Positions 28,523 to 38,471 of a DNA stretch of 64,000 nucleotides are shown one piece after another; position 1 is the first letter of the stretch; each line of letters begins with the position of its first letter. Under the pieces are notes generated by a model, which worked only from the letters and a program-made list of their open reading frames with translations, ran no database searches and was not told the origin of the DNA. Where the stretch lies: positions 384,001 to 448,000 of the forward strand of contig CAVYES010000005.1 in assembly GCA_963767735.1 (NCBI GenBank), given 5' to 3'. Source of the stretch: Candidatus Bathyarchaeota archaeon. GTDB lineage: Archaea; Thermoproteota; Bathyarchaeia; Bathyarchaeales; Bathycorpusculaceae. The translations under genes and the position numbers were made by a program.

Positions 28523-29799
28523 TTTCTGAAGTTTTGGAAACCCTTTTTCTGTTTTTAACTGCAATAATGATGGCTTACCTAGTCAGACATTACGTCTTTA
28601 CCATTACTGTATTAAGGGGAGCTAACAAAAACAAAATATCCGTAGCCATTGAGACGTCAGCGTTTGAACCTACGGTAACTCTCCTTATTCCAGCACATAA
28701 CGAGGAAAAAGTTATTGGGCGATTGCTTCAAAGAATTACTGAGCTAACCTATCCAAAAGATAAACTGCAAGTAATAGTTATCAACGATGCTTCATCCGAT
28801 CAGACTGGAGCAATAGCAGACGATTACAAAAACAAGTATCCGTTCATAGAAGTGCTGAATCGAGACAAAAGAAACGGTGGCAAAGGAAAAGCTTCAGCGA
28901 TGAATGATGGCTTTAGTAAATCAACTGGCGAAATAGTGCTTTGTTTCGATGCTGACTATTATCCTCAGAAAGATATTGTTGAGAAGCTTGCCGGAGAATT
29001 TATCGATCCCAAAGTTGGTGCCGTGCAGGGAAGAGTTGTTGTCTTAAATGAACCTCAGAACATGATCACACGGCTAGTGGCGTTGGAGCGAATAGGAGGA
29101 TACCGTGTTGACCAAGAAGCGAGAAACAATTTAGGTTTAATCGTACAGTACGGTGGAACAGTCGGCGGATTTAGGAGCAGTTTGTTGAAAGACTTACATG
29201 GTTGGGATGAAACCGTATTGGCAGAAGACACCGATTTAACTTTCCGCATTTACCTCGCAGGCTACAAAATTCCCTATAATATTGATGCAGAATGCTATGA
29301 AGAGGCAGTTGATAACTGGAAAGCTTACCGCCAACAAAGGTATCGGTGGGCGAAAGGGCACATGCAATGCTTCTTTAAACACTCGTGGAACGTTTTGAAA
29401 AGTAAAAACTTGAATGTTAAAGAGAAAATCGATGGTTTGTTGCTGCTAAACGTTTATTTTATACCTATACTAGCGTTGCTTTCGATGCTTATTGGTTTTT
29501 ACCTGATCCTTTCAGGTTCACAGCTTATAAGCACCTTATGGCTTTTCATTCCAATATCTATCTACTGCTCTATAGGCAACTTTGCTCCTTTTTTTGAAGT
29601 GGGAATCGGGATATACTTAGACGGTCGAAAAAGAGCTCAGTGGCTTATCCCACTATTGATATTTACTTTCTTTTACAATATGCCGATCTGTTTGAAAGCT
29701 TTTTTCAACGTGATGGCTTCAAAAATTATGAGCCGAGACGCGAATGTGTGGGTCAAAACATCACACTCGGGTAGTGGAAACAGTTATATTGCAAATTAA
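28519..29799 (+). CDS. Processive GT2 glycosyltransferase (cellulose-synthase-like)
   Basis: PAHNEE, FDAD, AEDTD and QQRYRW (D,D,D,QxxRW), plus TM helices. Confidence 0.92.
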   Translation: MISEVLETLFLFLTAIMMAYLVRHYVFTITVLRGANKNKISVAIETSAFEPTVTLLIPAHNEEKVIGRLLQRITELTYPKDKLQVIVINDASSDQTGAIADDYKNKYPFIEVLNRDKRNGGKGKASAMNDGFSKSTGEIVLCFDADYYPQKDIVEKLAGEFIDPKVGAVQGRVVVLNEPQNMITRLVALERIGGYRVDQEARNNLGLIVQYGGTVGGFRSSLLKDLHGWDETVLAEDTDLTFRIYLAGYKIPYNIDAECYEEAVDNWKAYRQQRYRWAKGHMQCFFKHSWNVLKSKNLNVKEKIDGLLLLNVYFIPILALLSMLIGFYLILSGSQLISTLWLFIPISIYCSIGNFAPFFEVGIGIYLDGRKRAQWLIPLLIFTFFYNMPICLKAFFNVMASKIMSRDANVWVKTSHSGSGNSYIAN

Positions 29800-29818
29800 T
29801 AATTAATGTAAGACATTA

Positions 29819-30088
29819 ATGATTCAAAATCAGAATCCAGATTCATTGATCGCCACTCTGATAATCACAATTGCCATAATAATTATTCTGTTTTTTATGC
29901 CCGCTCTAATAGAACTAAAAAAACCAAAAGATGCAGGACCAAGACTAATAAACGATAACATCCCAAAAATAAGAATCGGCACCCTCAAATCTCCAATAAC
30001 AGACGTCGAAGAAGAGCAGAAATTTACTTATCAATCAACGACCAAAACTGTGGACACTCTTTATATTCTTCCGGACTTGGAAGGTTAG
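29819..30088 (+). CDS. Small single-TM protein
   Basis: TM helix followed by PALIELKKPKDAGPRLI. Confidence 0.6.
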   Translation: MIQNQNPDSLIATLIITIAIIIILFFMPALIELKKPKDAGPRLINDNIPKIRIGTLKSPITDVEEEQKFTYQSTTKTVDTLYILPDLEG

Positions 30089-31131
30089 TTTTCAATCTTT
30101 TTGAATACTAACCCTGCGTTTTTCCACTGGTCCATAGCCAACGATAAATAGCCAGATGGGCTTCCCTGAAGGGAATAGAAAATATAACATAAGTAGTTAC
30201 ACTGTGTGCATTCAAGGTAAGCTTCGCGCAGTTCGTTGAATTCTTGGCTTTTCCACGTTTTGGGCAAATCAAATATTGAACCCGCGAAATTATGGCTGTG
30301 GCAACCAGCAATTCTGCCTAAAGGGTCAATGACTATGAAGTTGCGTAGTGCTTGGCATTTCCATGTTCTGTGGTCTTCCTCATAGAAACCTCGTAAGGCT
30401 TTTAGAAGCTTGTTTGTCATTAGAATTTTCTTATTTTTCTTTTTCATTTCAATTAGGGAATTGCAAAGCTTAACCATAGCTTGCTTATCTTCTATCACGA
30501 AATCATCGTTTTCTTTGCCAATCCTGAATAGTTGGTTTTCGTCCGCTGAAGCATCATATGAGTAAAGGCAATACCAGACTGGGATTCCTTTTGTTGTGAA
30601 ATAGTTAGTTAAATCAATTATTTCATACAGGTTTTTTTGTGAAATTGTCGGCGTAACACTGACATTTATTCCACTTTTGTGAAGTTTTTCTACGGTTTCC
30701 ATTGCTCTTTTCCATGCGCCTGGAACATTTTTTATTTCATCGTTTTTTGTTTCGTTCAAACTGTCTATCGAAATCGCTACAAAATCTGCATTTCGAAGGG
30801 CATCGATTTTTTTAGTAGCCATACTTCCGTTATCATAAACGGTTGTGATGAAAAGTTTTGAGGCGTAATCAATTATCTCATCTATGTCGTCCCTAAGCAG
30901 CGGGTCTCCGCCTGATATTACAAGCTCAACTATGCCGAGATTTTTTAGAATATCTAACCCTTTTTTTATGTCATCTGTCGCAAGCTCTCTCTGATCTTGT
31001 TCTTTCCAGACATTGCAACCTGCACAGCGGTAGTTACATTTTCTAGTGACCAACCATTGAGCATGATGAGGCTTCCCTGGAGCAAGTGAACGTATCATAA
31101 TAGATGCTGCTTTTTTGAGGTCTGTCGTCAA
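30085..31131 (-). CDS. Radical SAM protein with SPASM/twitch-like C-terminus
   Basis: CNYRCAGC, SGGDPL and C-terminal C...GRIAGC...CTQCNYLC. Confidence 0.92.
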   Translation of the reverse strand: MTTDLKKAASIMIRSLAPGKPHHAQWLVTRKCNYRCAGCNVWKEQDQRELATDDIKKGLDILKNLGIVELVISGGDPLLRDDIDEIIDYASKLFITTVYDNGSMATKKIDALRNADFVAISIDSLNETKNDEIKNVPGAWKRAMETVEKLHKSGINVSVTPTISQKNLYEIIDLTNYFTTKGIPVWYCLYSYDASADENQLFRIGKENDDFVIEDKQAMVKLCNSLIEMKKKNKKILMTNKLLKALRGFYEEDHRTWKCQALRNFIVIDPLGRIAGCHSHNFAGSIFDLPKTWKSQEFNELREAYLECTQCNYLCYIFYSLQGSPSGYLSLAMDQWKNAGLVFKKIEN

Positions 31132-31373
31132 ACAAATGTCCCTAGCTGCTTAATTGGTGTTAACAGTATTAAAATTGGAACTATAAAAACAATTATCCGA
31201 AACTGAATACCCGCTTCTTTGGTTTGCCTTAGATGCTCGCCCTCGCCCGTTGGAATCCATTCATCATATTTTATCCTGCCCGCTTTGACAGATGATACCT
31301 TATTCTCTGATACTGCAGCGATTGTTTTAGGAAAAATCTTATTTTTAAATTGAATCATCGGGAAACGCTTCAT
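31128..31373 (-). CDS. Small hypothetical protein with C-terminal hydrophobic segment
   Basis: ORF overlaps the radical SAM start by 4 nt. Confidence 0.4.
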   Translation of the reverse strand: MKRFPMIQFKNKIFPKTIAAVSENKVSSVKAGRIKYDEWIPTGEGEHLRQTKEAGIQFRIIVFIVPILILLTPIKQLGTFV

Positions 31374-31509
31374 AGTGTTAGGATGTTTTTTTGTGCTTCA
31401 ATATCTTTGAAGGAAAAGCTTATAATTGCAGCAAGTGAAACAACTAGTTAGGACTGGCTTCTTCTAGTTGAAGAAGCGTTTTAGTAATTATTTAGGAGAC
31501 TTTTAAGTA

Positions 31510-32391
31510 GTGTTAGCAGGTTTCTGGGAGCACATCAACGAGTTAAAGCATAGACTTAAAATTATTTTCTTTGCTTTAATTGCTTCAACTGCTTTTTTTG
31601 CGCTTTTTCCCTCCAATCCTGGCCACATGTTTACATCTAAGTTTTGGTTAACGGGGATGTACTCGCCTATTGTGTCTATTTTTTTGAATTGGATAAAGAG
31701 TTTTATGGCACCTCGTGGATTGCAGATTATCAGTTTGGAAATCGGAGCTCCGTTCGAAATCTATTTTCTAGCTTCAATAATTTTTGGGTTTTTGGTCAGT
31801 TCACCTGTGATAGCGTATGAACTGTACAAATTTGTTGATCCAGCATTATATCCTCATGAGCGTAAGTCGGTTTATCCGTTTGTCGCGGGATTCACCGGAT
31901 TATTCGTTGCTGGCGCGCTGTTTGGATTATTTATTTTGTCACCTTTCATAGTTTATACGGTGATTTTGTTTTCACAAATTGTAGGTGCGTTGCCTGTTCT
32001 CTCAGTCTCGGATTTTTACTCTATGATTCTCACGACGATAGCTTTAACAGGATTCGGCTTTACTGTTCCCGAAATTTTTGTTCTATTAGTGAAGTTTGGC
32101 ATGGTAAAAACAAGCTTAATCGCAAAACACAGAGTTTGGTTCTATTTCATTCTTTACATAATTACGGCGATTATTACGCCCGATGGTGGACCTTTGGCAG
32201 ATATTGCTCTCTTTATTCCCATGGCAGTGCTTTGGGAAGTTGCTCTGTTTATCGCCAAAAGATACGAAAAGGAGCCTCCAACATCACCGTCCGCAAGCAG
32301 TTTTGATACATCAAAAAAATGCTCATACTGCGGGCAGACAATAGACGATTCCGATGTCTTTTGTAAACAATGCGGAAAATCCCAACAGTAG
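31510..32391 (+). CDS. tatC: Twin-arginine translocase TatC with C-terminal Zn ribbon
   Basis: EHINELKHRL, FVDPALYPHE and AIITPDG; tail CSYC...FCKQCG. Confidence 0.92.
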   Translation: MLAGFWEHINELKHRLKIIFFALIASTAFFALFPSNPGHMFTSKFWLTGMYSPIVSIFLNWIKSFMAPRGLQIISLEIGAPFEIYFLASIIFGFLVSSPVIAYELYKFVDPALYPHERKSVYPFVAGFTGLFVAGALFGLFILSPFIVYTVILFSQIVGALPVLSVSDFYSMILTTIALTGFGFTVPEIFVLLVKFGMVKTSLIAKHRVWFYFILYIITAIITPDGGPLADIALFIPMAVLWEVALFIAKRYEKEPPTSPSASSFDTSKKCSYCGQTIDDSDVFCKQCGKSQQ

Positions 32392-32716
32392 CATTTACAA
32401 TGTTATGTTGGAGTGACTTTGGCAAAGCTAAATGGAGCGGCTGCTCAAGAGCATTTGGTTCATGTTGACTGGCCGTGCGGCTTGTGCGGTGCCAATGAGA
32501 AGCGTTACGGAAAAAAGGGTTAAGAAGATTGCTGCGTAACTTTTGGTTGTTGTCTTTGTCTTTCAGGATAAGTGTTGGTCGCTGGATTTAGAGTAGCCTT
32601 CATTATGAGAATATCCATTGTTGGGAGACATTTTGATGTGGGATTTCGTTTTTTGCTTCTCCGTAAAGTTGCTAAAGGGGATAGCGTTTATTAGTCTCGA
32701 AAAACATCTTTAGCAT

Positions 32717-32818
32717 ACCCGACGGTTAGGGTGGAAGTCTTTGTTGCATCAAATCAAGCATGTGCTTGTTTGGATGTTGCAATGGCTTTGATGCTTATAG
32801 TTCACCTTAAACGAGGGT
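32717..32818 (+). ncRNA. Candidate structured 5' leader/sRNA
   Basis: Nested stems ACCC..TTAGGGTG/CACCTTAA..GGGT, GCATCAAA/TTTGATGC and CAAGCA/TGCTTG, downstream of a TTTATTA box. Confidence 0.45.
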
Positions 32819-32859
32819 TGAATAAAGTGTCCGGGTCAAATTGATGGAGGATTGTTCAA

Positions 32860-33258
32860 GTGGCGGGAAATAAAAAGACAATACTTGTTGTTGATGATGA
32901 CAAATCGATACTTCGAACATTCACGCGTATTCTTCAAAAAAGCGGCTATGAAATTGATGTTGCGGAAACTGGAAAAGAAGCCATGGAAAAAGCAGAAAAT
33001 CACCATTTCGATTTAGCATTGGTTGATATCAGGCTTCCAGATATGGATGGCACAGATTTACTTGCCAAACTCAAAAAGCAATTACAGCATACCGTGAAAA
33101 TAATGATCACTGGTTTTCCATCTTTAGAAACAGGCGTTAAAGCGCTTGATGAAGGTGCAGATGCTTACTTGGTTAAACCTGTGAAACCTCAGGAACTATT
33201 GATGCTTCTAGACGAGAAACTGAAAAACCGGGAACCTCCCCCCGAAGCAACCACCTGA
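32860..33258 (+). CDS. Stand-alone response regulator receiver protein
   Basis: VVDDD, LVDIRLPDMDG, MITG and YLVKP. Confidence 0.93.
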   Translation: MAGNKKTILVVDDDKSILRTFTRILQKSGYEIDVAETGKEAMEKAENHHFDLALVDIRLPDMDGTDLLAKLKKQLQHTVKIMITGFPSLETGVKALDEGADAYLVKPVKPQELLMLLDEKLKNREPPPEATT

Positions 33259-33414
33259 GAAATTTGGTCGATAGCAACCGAACAACCTCAGAAATAAAAA
33301 TATTGCATTACCCGTTATTTTAACGGGCTCGGTGTTTTCAAAGACTTTAGACTAAATGCTCTTGCTATAAAGGTATTTTTTCAAAATGTTGTCAGGCTAT
33401 CCTTAGCTTCACAT

Positions 33415-34353
33415 TCAGCCTTCTGACAGGCTTTCAAGGTCTTGCACTATGTAGAAAAATGCCATCCAAGACCACTTGTCCCACCTGCGGATGCCTTCGC
33501 TCTTAACCTCCTTAACAGCCTGCCTATTGTTATCTGGCTCCTTACCGAAGAACAGTTTGCCGAAAACCTCAGCTGACCACACATCAATCGGGAAACCACC
33601 GTGGGGATTTATTATGTCGGCTGAATAGTCACCTATGCCTGGCAGTTCCAGAAGCTTCTTTTTTGCATCCTCAGGACTGAGCTTTTCCAGTTCCTGCAGC
33701 GTGGGGAAGCCTTCTTCCACAAGTTTCAACGCGAGCTCGATTATTCGTTTGGCTCTGTAGCCGACTTTGCATTCCTTTGCAAGCGCTGTGGGGTTAAGGC
33801 TCGCCAGCTTTTGCGGTAAAGGCCAGACGTAAACTGTTTTTTGGTCAAACTCTGCGGCGTCGCCGTAACTTTTTATCGTGCAGTCCATCATCTCGTTGCT
33901 TCTTTTGAGCGGAGCCATCTGAAGAAGTATCGCCAAAATTGCGTCGGGAAACACGTTGTCTCCTGACGATGTACTGTGCATGCCGTATAAGTCATCGACT
34001 ACGTACCTAAGAATCGAGTCTTCTCTTGCGAGTACATAGAACTCACGTAGATCATCGTCCGCTCCGATGCAGTGGATTAGCAGCTTTTTTATTTCGTCTT
34101 GCTTTTCTTCGGTGGGTTTGCTTTCTAAGAATATCCTTGCGATTATACGTGGATTGTTTGTTGTGCCTTTCGAGCTGAGCTTAAACCCGATGAGCGTATC
34201 ATCAAGGTGCATAGCAGTCCAAAGCGTTTTTCCGTCGTAGATTTCGAGAGGAGTGAACAGTGGCCAGCCGGCAGGTTTCCGAACTGAAAGATTAAAATTG
34301 TATGGAGAAACGGGTTTTATCTCGTAAGTTAACGAATGATTAAGGTTGACCGT
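33415..34353 (-). CDS. HhH-GPD DNA glycosylase (AlkA/Ogg-like)
   Basis: VGYRAK, LPGIGDYSA and FPIDVW. The frame stays open upstream of 34212 to an ACG at ~34353 after AGGAGA (probable mis-called ATG). Confidence 0.85.
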   Translation of the reverse strand, partial: TVNLNHSLTYEIKPVSPYNFNLSVRKPAGWPLFTPLEIYDGKTLWTAMHLDDTLIGFKLSSKGTTNNPRIIARIFLESKPTEEKQDEIKKLLIHCIGADDDLREFYVLAREDSILRYVVDDLYGMHSTSSGDNVFPDAILAILLQMAPLKRSNEMMDCTIKSYGDAAEFDQKTVYVWPLPQKLASLNPTALAKECKVGYRAKRIIELALKLVEEGFPTLQELEKLSPEDAKKKLLELPGIGDYSADIINPHGGFPIDVWSAEVFGKLFFGKEPDNNRQAVKEVKSEGIRRWDKWSWMAFFYIVQDLESLSEG

Positions 34354-34457
34354 ACAGATCTCCTTTTTTCTTGCGTTAAACTAACCATTGTTCCACTTTT
34401 AGCTTCCTGAGGTTTTAAGAATTGCTGTTGTGGCGGGAATAAAGCATGAAAAGAATT

Positions 34458-37340
34458 TTACTCGAGGTATATCGCTGGCTGGCTGGGCATTGCCATTATT
34501 GATCGGTGCTTGGGGTCATAGAGTGCTTGGTCACATTCACTGTACACCGATACTTCAGCGTTGAAGCGCATCTTCAGAAAATCAAGGGCACTGTCTATGA
34601 TTTCTTTCTCGTTTACAGCCTTAATTTTTAGCATGTTTGCTTTGCGTTCGCTTGGCAGCTTTGTTAACGCCTTCATTATTCTTGGAACCAAGCTTGCGGT
34701 GTCCTTCATGTGCGGCTTTAGGTCCTTGTCAGCGGCAAATTCTTTCATTAACTCGTTAATCTTGGCCTCGCCAGCCACGCTTTTGTCTAAAATTTTTAGG
34801 TAAACCTGCCATTTCCATGGTGAAGCTGTGTAGTAGCATATGCGTTTGGGTGTAATCTTCATGGCTTTTAGGATATTGGCAGTGTCCGCCATGACGTCAA
34901 CTATTAGGTTCTCATGCTCTTCAGCAGCTACATCAACTTTTGAGGCATCAAACAGTGGCCATTTTGCAACGCTGATGAAGTCTGCCTCGCCTGTTTGGCT
35001 CCAAAGCTCCTCGCAAATGAAAGGAGCGAAAGGTGCAAGCATTTTAAGCCAAATTTTCACTGCTTCGAGCAGCGCTTTAGCGTCAGTGTTGCCTTTTCGT
35101 TGGATATACCAGCGCAGGTCATTCCAAGTTTCAAACAAGGCAATCTGCAGGGCGGTTCGGGTTTTAAGCTCATCTAAGCTGGCTGTAACATCCTTAATTC
35201 TTTGTTGAAGTTTACTTTGTAACCATCGTTCAAGTGTGGTGTCTTCTTCTTTTTTGGCTGAAGAGATTACTGCGCTTGCTAAACTGCATAATGCTTCAAA
35301 CTTGCCTTGCAAGTCACCTACGTTTTCCCCTCGCCAATCCGGGTCATCCATGCCCTCTGCACCCAGCAGAAGTGCGCTGCGGGTGGCGTCGGCGCCATAC
35401 TTTTCAACTGCTCCCTTCATTGTTATGAAGTTGCCTTTGCTCTTGTGCATTTGTTTGCCTTCAACCATGAGCATACCGTTTACTCCTATGGCTTTGGGCC
35501 AGTGTTCAGGCGGAAACAGGGCTGCATGGTGGAATATGCAGAAGGTCAAATGGTTTGGTACAAGTTCTTTAGCTGAGTTTCTTAGGTCAAAGGGGTACCA
35601 GTACAAGAATTCATTCCGCATCGCTTCAAGCAAAGAAACGTTTATTCTGGCTGCCTTTTGGAGTTCGCTGGAGTTGCCTTTGCCATAGAAGATATAGTCG
35701 AAAACTTCGGGCGTCAAAGCTTCGGGCTCTATATTGTTCTGTTTAATGTGTTTGTTTATGGTGTAGAACGCCATGTAAATTGTCGAATCGCTTAATGTCT
35801 CGATTATCCAGCCTATTCCCCACGGCAACGGCGTTCCGAAACCTGTGGTTCTGGCGCAAGCCCACTCTCTTAGCCAGTCTATAACAGTATAGAACGATTG
35901 TTTGGCCGAGTCAGGATAAATCGTCATTTGCGCCACGGCTTCCTTAGCTTTCGCCTTCCATTGTTGGTCGGAGTAGTTGAGGAACCACTGGTCAGAAAGT
36001 ATCTTTACTATGCACTGGGTCATGCATCGGCAAATCACTTGCTCGGGCAAATCGTACATGCTATCGGCGACGCCGAGCTTACGGAAATCAGCTATAAGCG
36101 TGTCTTTTATGTCTCTGACGGATTTTCCGGCGTAAGGTCCACAATTCTGCTTTAGCACTCCGCTGTGAAATTCTTTTTTGTATAATTGTTTTGTAGCCTC
36201 ATCTGCTTTCGCATCGTTCTGGTCTTTAATGCTCATTTGCTGAACTATTTCAACGGCTGGGTACTCGCCGAAACCCTCGACATTAATTATTGAGATAGGC
36301 TTAATCCGCTTAACGACTTCAGGGTCAACACCAAAATCCTTGAGAACCTCGGGCTTTTCCTGCAAATCCTTGAGTGCCAGCCAATCATAGGGTGCATGGG
36401 CGGGTACGCTGTAGACGACTCCTGTGGCAGTCTTCGGGTCAACAAACCAGCCTGGCAAAATAGGAAACTTGCCCTTCGTTATTGGGTTTTCGAAAATTTT
36501 GCCAATAAGCTCTTTACCTTTAAATGAGCGTTTTACTTGGATTTTCTTTTCTTGTTCTTTGAGTTTCTCAGCTGCTTCTTGGCTGATTATCCAGTTTTCG
36601 CCGTTGACGGATGCTTCGACGTATGTTACGTCAGGATTTATCCACATGTTTGTTATGCCGTAGATTGTTTCGGGACGAAACGTTGCCGCTGGCAAAAACG
36701 TTTTCTCGTCAAGTTTGTATTTTATTAACGTGTATTCTTCTGGAGTTACGCCTTCGCCGACTTGGCGGTCATGGTCTCCTGTTGGGCTTTGGTCTTTTGG
36801 GCACCACACTACAGGATGCGTTCCCCTTGTGACGTAGCCTTTTTCTTTGAGGTTTTTGTATTGCCACTCAATAAATTTCTGGAAAGTCGGCATTACAGTG
36901 GTGAATTCACGGCGCCAATCAACGGAGAAACCTATGCTTTTAACCGCTAAACGTCCTTCATTAGTATAATACTGAGCCATATACAAGGGATCAACAAACT
37001 TTTTGAGCTCTGACTCTGGAACGCCGTCAACTTCACGAAGGACCCGAATGAAGGCTTCGTCGCCTCTTGCTACACGTTGGCTGGCTCCCAGAAGCGGTTG
37101 CCCCGTCCAATGCCAAGCCCAAGGCCAAAGCACATTGTAACCTTGCATCCTCTTGAATCTAGCATAAGCGTCAACACGTGAAGCCGTGAATGTGTGCCCC
37201 ACATGCAGTGGTCCGTTCATGTATGGGAATGGAAAAGTCACCATTATCTTCTTTCTTTTCGGGTCTGGGTCAGCCTCAAAAATATGCGCGTTTTCCCATT
37301 TGGCTTGCCATTTCTGCTCGATTTGCTTGGTTTGGCTCAT
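34458..37340 (-). CDS. leuS: Leucyl-tRNA synthetase (archaeal type)
   Basis: PYMNGPLHVGH, ATFRPET, SLSDST-like TLSDSTIY and KQMHKSKGN. Confidence 0.97.
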   Translation of the reverse strand: MSQTKQIEQKWQAKWENAHIFEADPDPKRKKIMVTFPFPYMNGPLHVGHTFTASRVDAYARFKRMQGYNVLWPWAWHWTGQPLLGASQRVARGDEAFIRVLREVDGVPESELKKFVDPLYMAQYYTNEGRLAVKSIGFSVDWRREFTTVMPTFQKFIEWQYKNLKEKGYVTRGTHPVVWCPKDQSPTGDHDRQVGEGVTPEEYTLIKYKLDEKTFLPAATFRPETIYGITNMWINPDVTYVEASVNGENWIISQEAAEKLKEQEKKIQVKRSFKGKELIGKIFENPITKGKFPILPGWFVDPKTATGVVYSVPAHAPYDWLALKDLQEKPEVLKDFGVDPEVVKRIKPISIINVEGFGEYPAVEIVQQMSIKDQNDAKADEATKQLYKKEFHSGVLKQNCGPYAGKSVRDIKDTLIADFRKLGVADSMYDLPEQVICRCMTQCIVKILSDQWFLNYSDQQWKAKAKEAVAQMTIYPDSAKQSFYTVIDWLREWACARTTGFGTPLPWGIGWIIETLSDSTIYMAFYTINKHIKQNNIEPEALTPEVFDYIFYGKGNSSELQKAARINVSLLEAMRNEFLYWYPFDLRNSAKELVPNHLTFCIFHHAALFPPEHWPKAIGVNGMLMVEGKQMHKSKGNFITMKGAVEKYGADATRSALLLGAEGMDDPDWRGENVGDLQGKFEALCSLASAVISSAKKEEDTTLERWLQSKLQQRIKDVTASLDELKTRTALQIALFETWNDLRWYIQRKGNTDAKALLEAVKIWLKMLAPFAPFICEELWSQTGEADFISVAKWPLFDASKVDVAAEEHENLIVDVMADTANILKAMKITPKRICYYTASPWKWQVYLKILDKSVAGEAKINELMKEFAADKDLKPHMKDTASLVPRIMKALTKLPSERKANMLKIKAVNEKEIIDSALDFLKMRFNAEVSVYSECDQALYDPKHRSIMAMPSQPAIYLE

Positions 37341-37460
37341 GAAACTTCTGATTAAGCTATTGGCTATTAAGAGTTTTGCTTATGTGCGCTCTGTCTCTAA
37401 TTTTGGTGTGGTGATGGTTTGCGCAGAATAGTGTGCGTGCAGTAATTTTGTGTTCAGGCT

Positions 37461-37494
37461 GTTTTGGGTTGCTTTTTTCGTTTAGGGCTCAATT
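37461..37494 (+). repeat. Dispersed ~34-bp intergenic motif, copy 2
   Basis: 37460..37478 is identical to 40625..40643 (19 bp, TGTTTTGGGTTGCTTTTTT). Confidence 0.65.
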
Positions 37495-37510
37495 AGTTTG
37501 CAGGTTGTGT

Positions 37511-37570
37511 GCATTTTTGTGCAGATTTGTGTCGAATTGTGCGGATTTGTGCGGAATTGTGCCGGATTAT
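37511..37570. repeat. Tandem 10-bp repeat array (GCGGATTTGT-like, 6 units)
   Basis: gcatttttgt gcagatttgt gtcgaattgt gcggatttgt gcggaattgt gccggattat. Confidence 0.8.
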
Positions 37571-37660
37571 TGAAGAGTCGCTCTGCGTGGTTTAGCGGCA
37601 AATTTTGAACAAGCCGTTCTAAGTTGCTTTTCTGTTTCAGAGCCTGAAACGTTTGCAGGT

Positions 37661-37750
37661 TGAGTCAACAAAAGTCAACAAAAGTCAACAAAAGTCAAAG
37701 AAAGTTAATAGATGTCAAAAAAAGTCAAGGAAAGTCAATAAAAGTTGAAG
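37661..37750. repeat. Tandem 10-bp repeat array (AAAGTCAACA-like, 9 units)
   Basis: Nine units in exact 10-bp register with a GTCAA/GTTAA core. Confidence 0.9.
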
Positions 37751-38090
37751 CTTCAGAAAGGTTAAGCCAACGTTTTACAAGTTGGAAAGATCGAAAGTTC
37801 ATGATCAACTGGGTACTTAGCCTTAACGCACCATCAAAAAATATTTAGAGACAGAACTCTTTATGTGTTGAACGCTTCCTAATTTCCGCATGAGAATGCT
37901 CATTTCAAGTGGGTTTGTACAATTTTGTTTTAGTTTTTGAGCTGCAAAGATGAGGGAAGAGGAGGGTACTTTTTACACATGGGTTTCTTAGCTAAAAAGA
38001 ACGCATTTCTCCGAAGCAGAAACATGACAAACTTGAAAAAGTCGAAAAAGTCTTATGTACTTGGTTTCCACAATAGGGAAGTGATGAAGC

Positions 38091-38471
38091 ATGCAAGATA
38101 CTACAGAATCAAGAATTAAGCAGGATCTTTTTGTTGAAATCCAAAATTTAGAGCAAAATTACGTGGTGATTGAGAGTTTTCTTTCAGGAAAAGACTATGA
38201 TGCAATGGCGATTGGCATGGCAATTCAAGCTTTCAAAGACAGCTTAAGTCGAGCAAGCGCATTTGTTCTTGCCCTATACAACCTGAAAGGTAAACGAGTT
38301 AGCATTCCATGGGAACCCCTCTTCACAAGTCTGGATTATGCTTTAGCAACGATTGCGGTTTCTTCCTCTCCAAAGCAGAAAGCGGCGGTTAAAACCATAT
38401 TGTCTATGTCTGAAGAGCAAATTGGGCAGGTTCTCTCTTACTTTTCAGCTCTGAAAGAGTCGCTGAAATAA
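38091..38471 (+). CDS. Helical hypothetical protein
   Basis: 126-aa ORF preceded by an RBS-like GTGATG. Confidence 0.7.
   Translation: MQDTTESRIKQDLFVEIQNLEQNYVVIESFLSGKDYDAMAIGMAIQAFKDSLSRASAFVLALYNLKGKRVSIPWEPLFTSLDYALATIAVSSSPKQKAAVKTILSMSEEQIGQVLSYFSALKESLK

Noticed and set aside
37511-37750. CRISPR array
   Set aside because: Units are 10 bp and contiguous, with no unique spacers, and there are no cas genes in the window.
37660-37848. 62-aa ORF
   Set aside because: It is simply the translation of the 10-bp repeat array.
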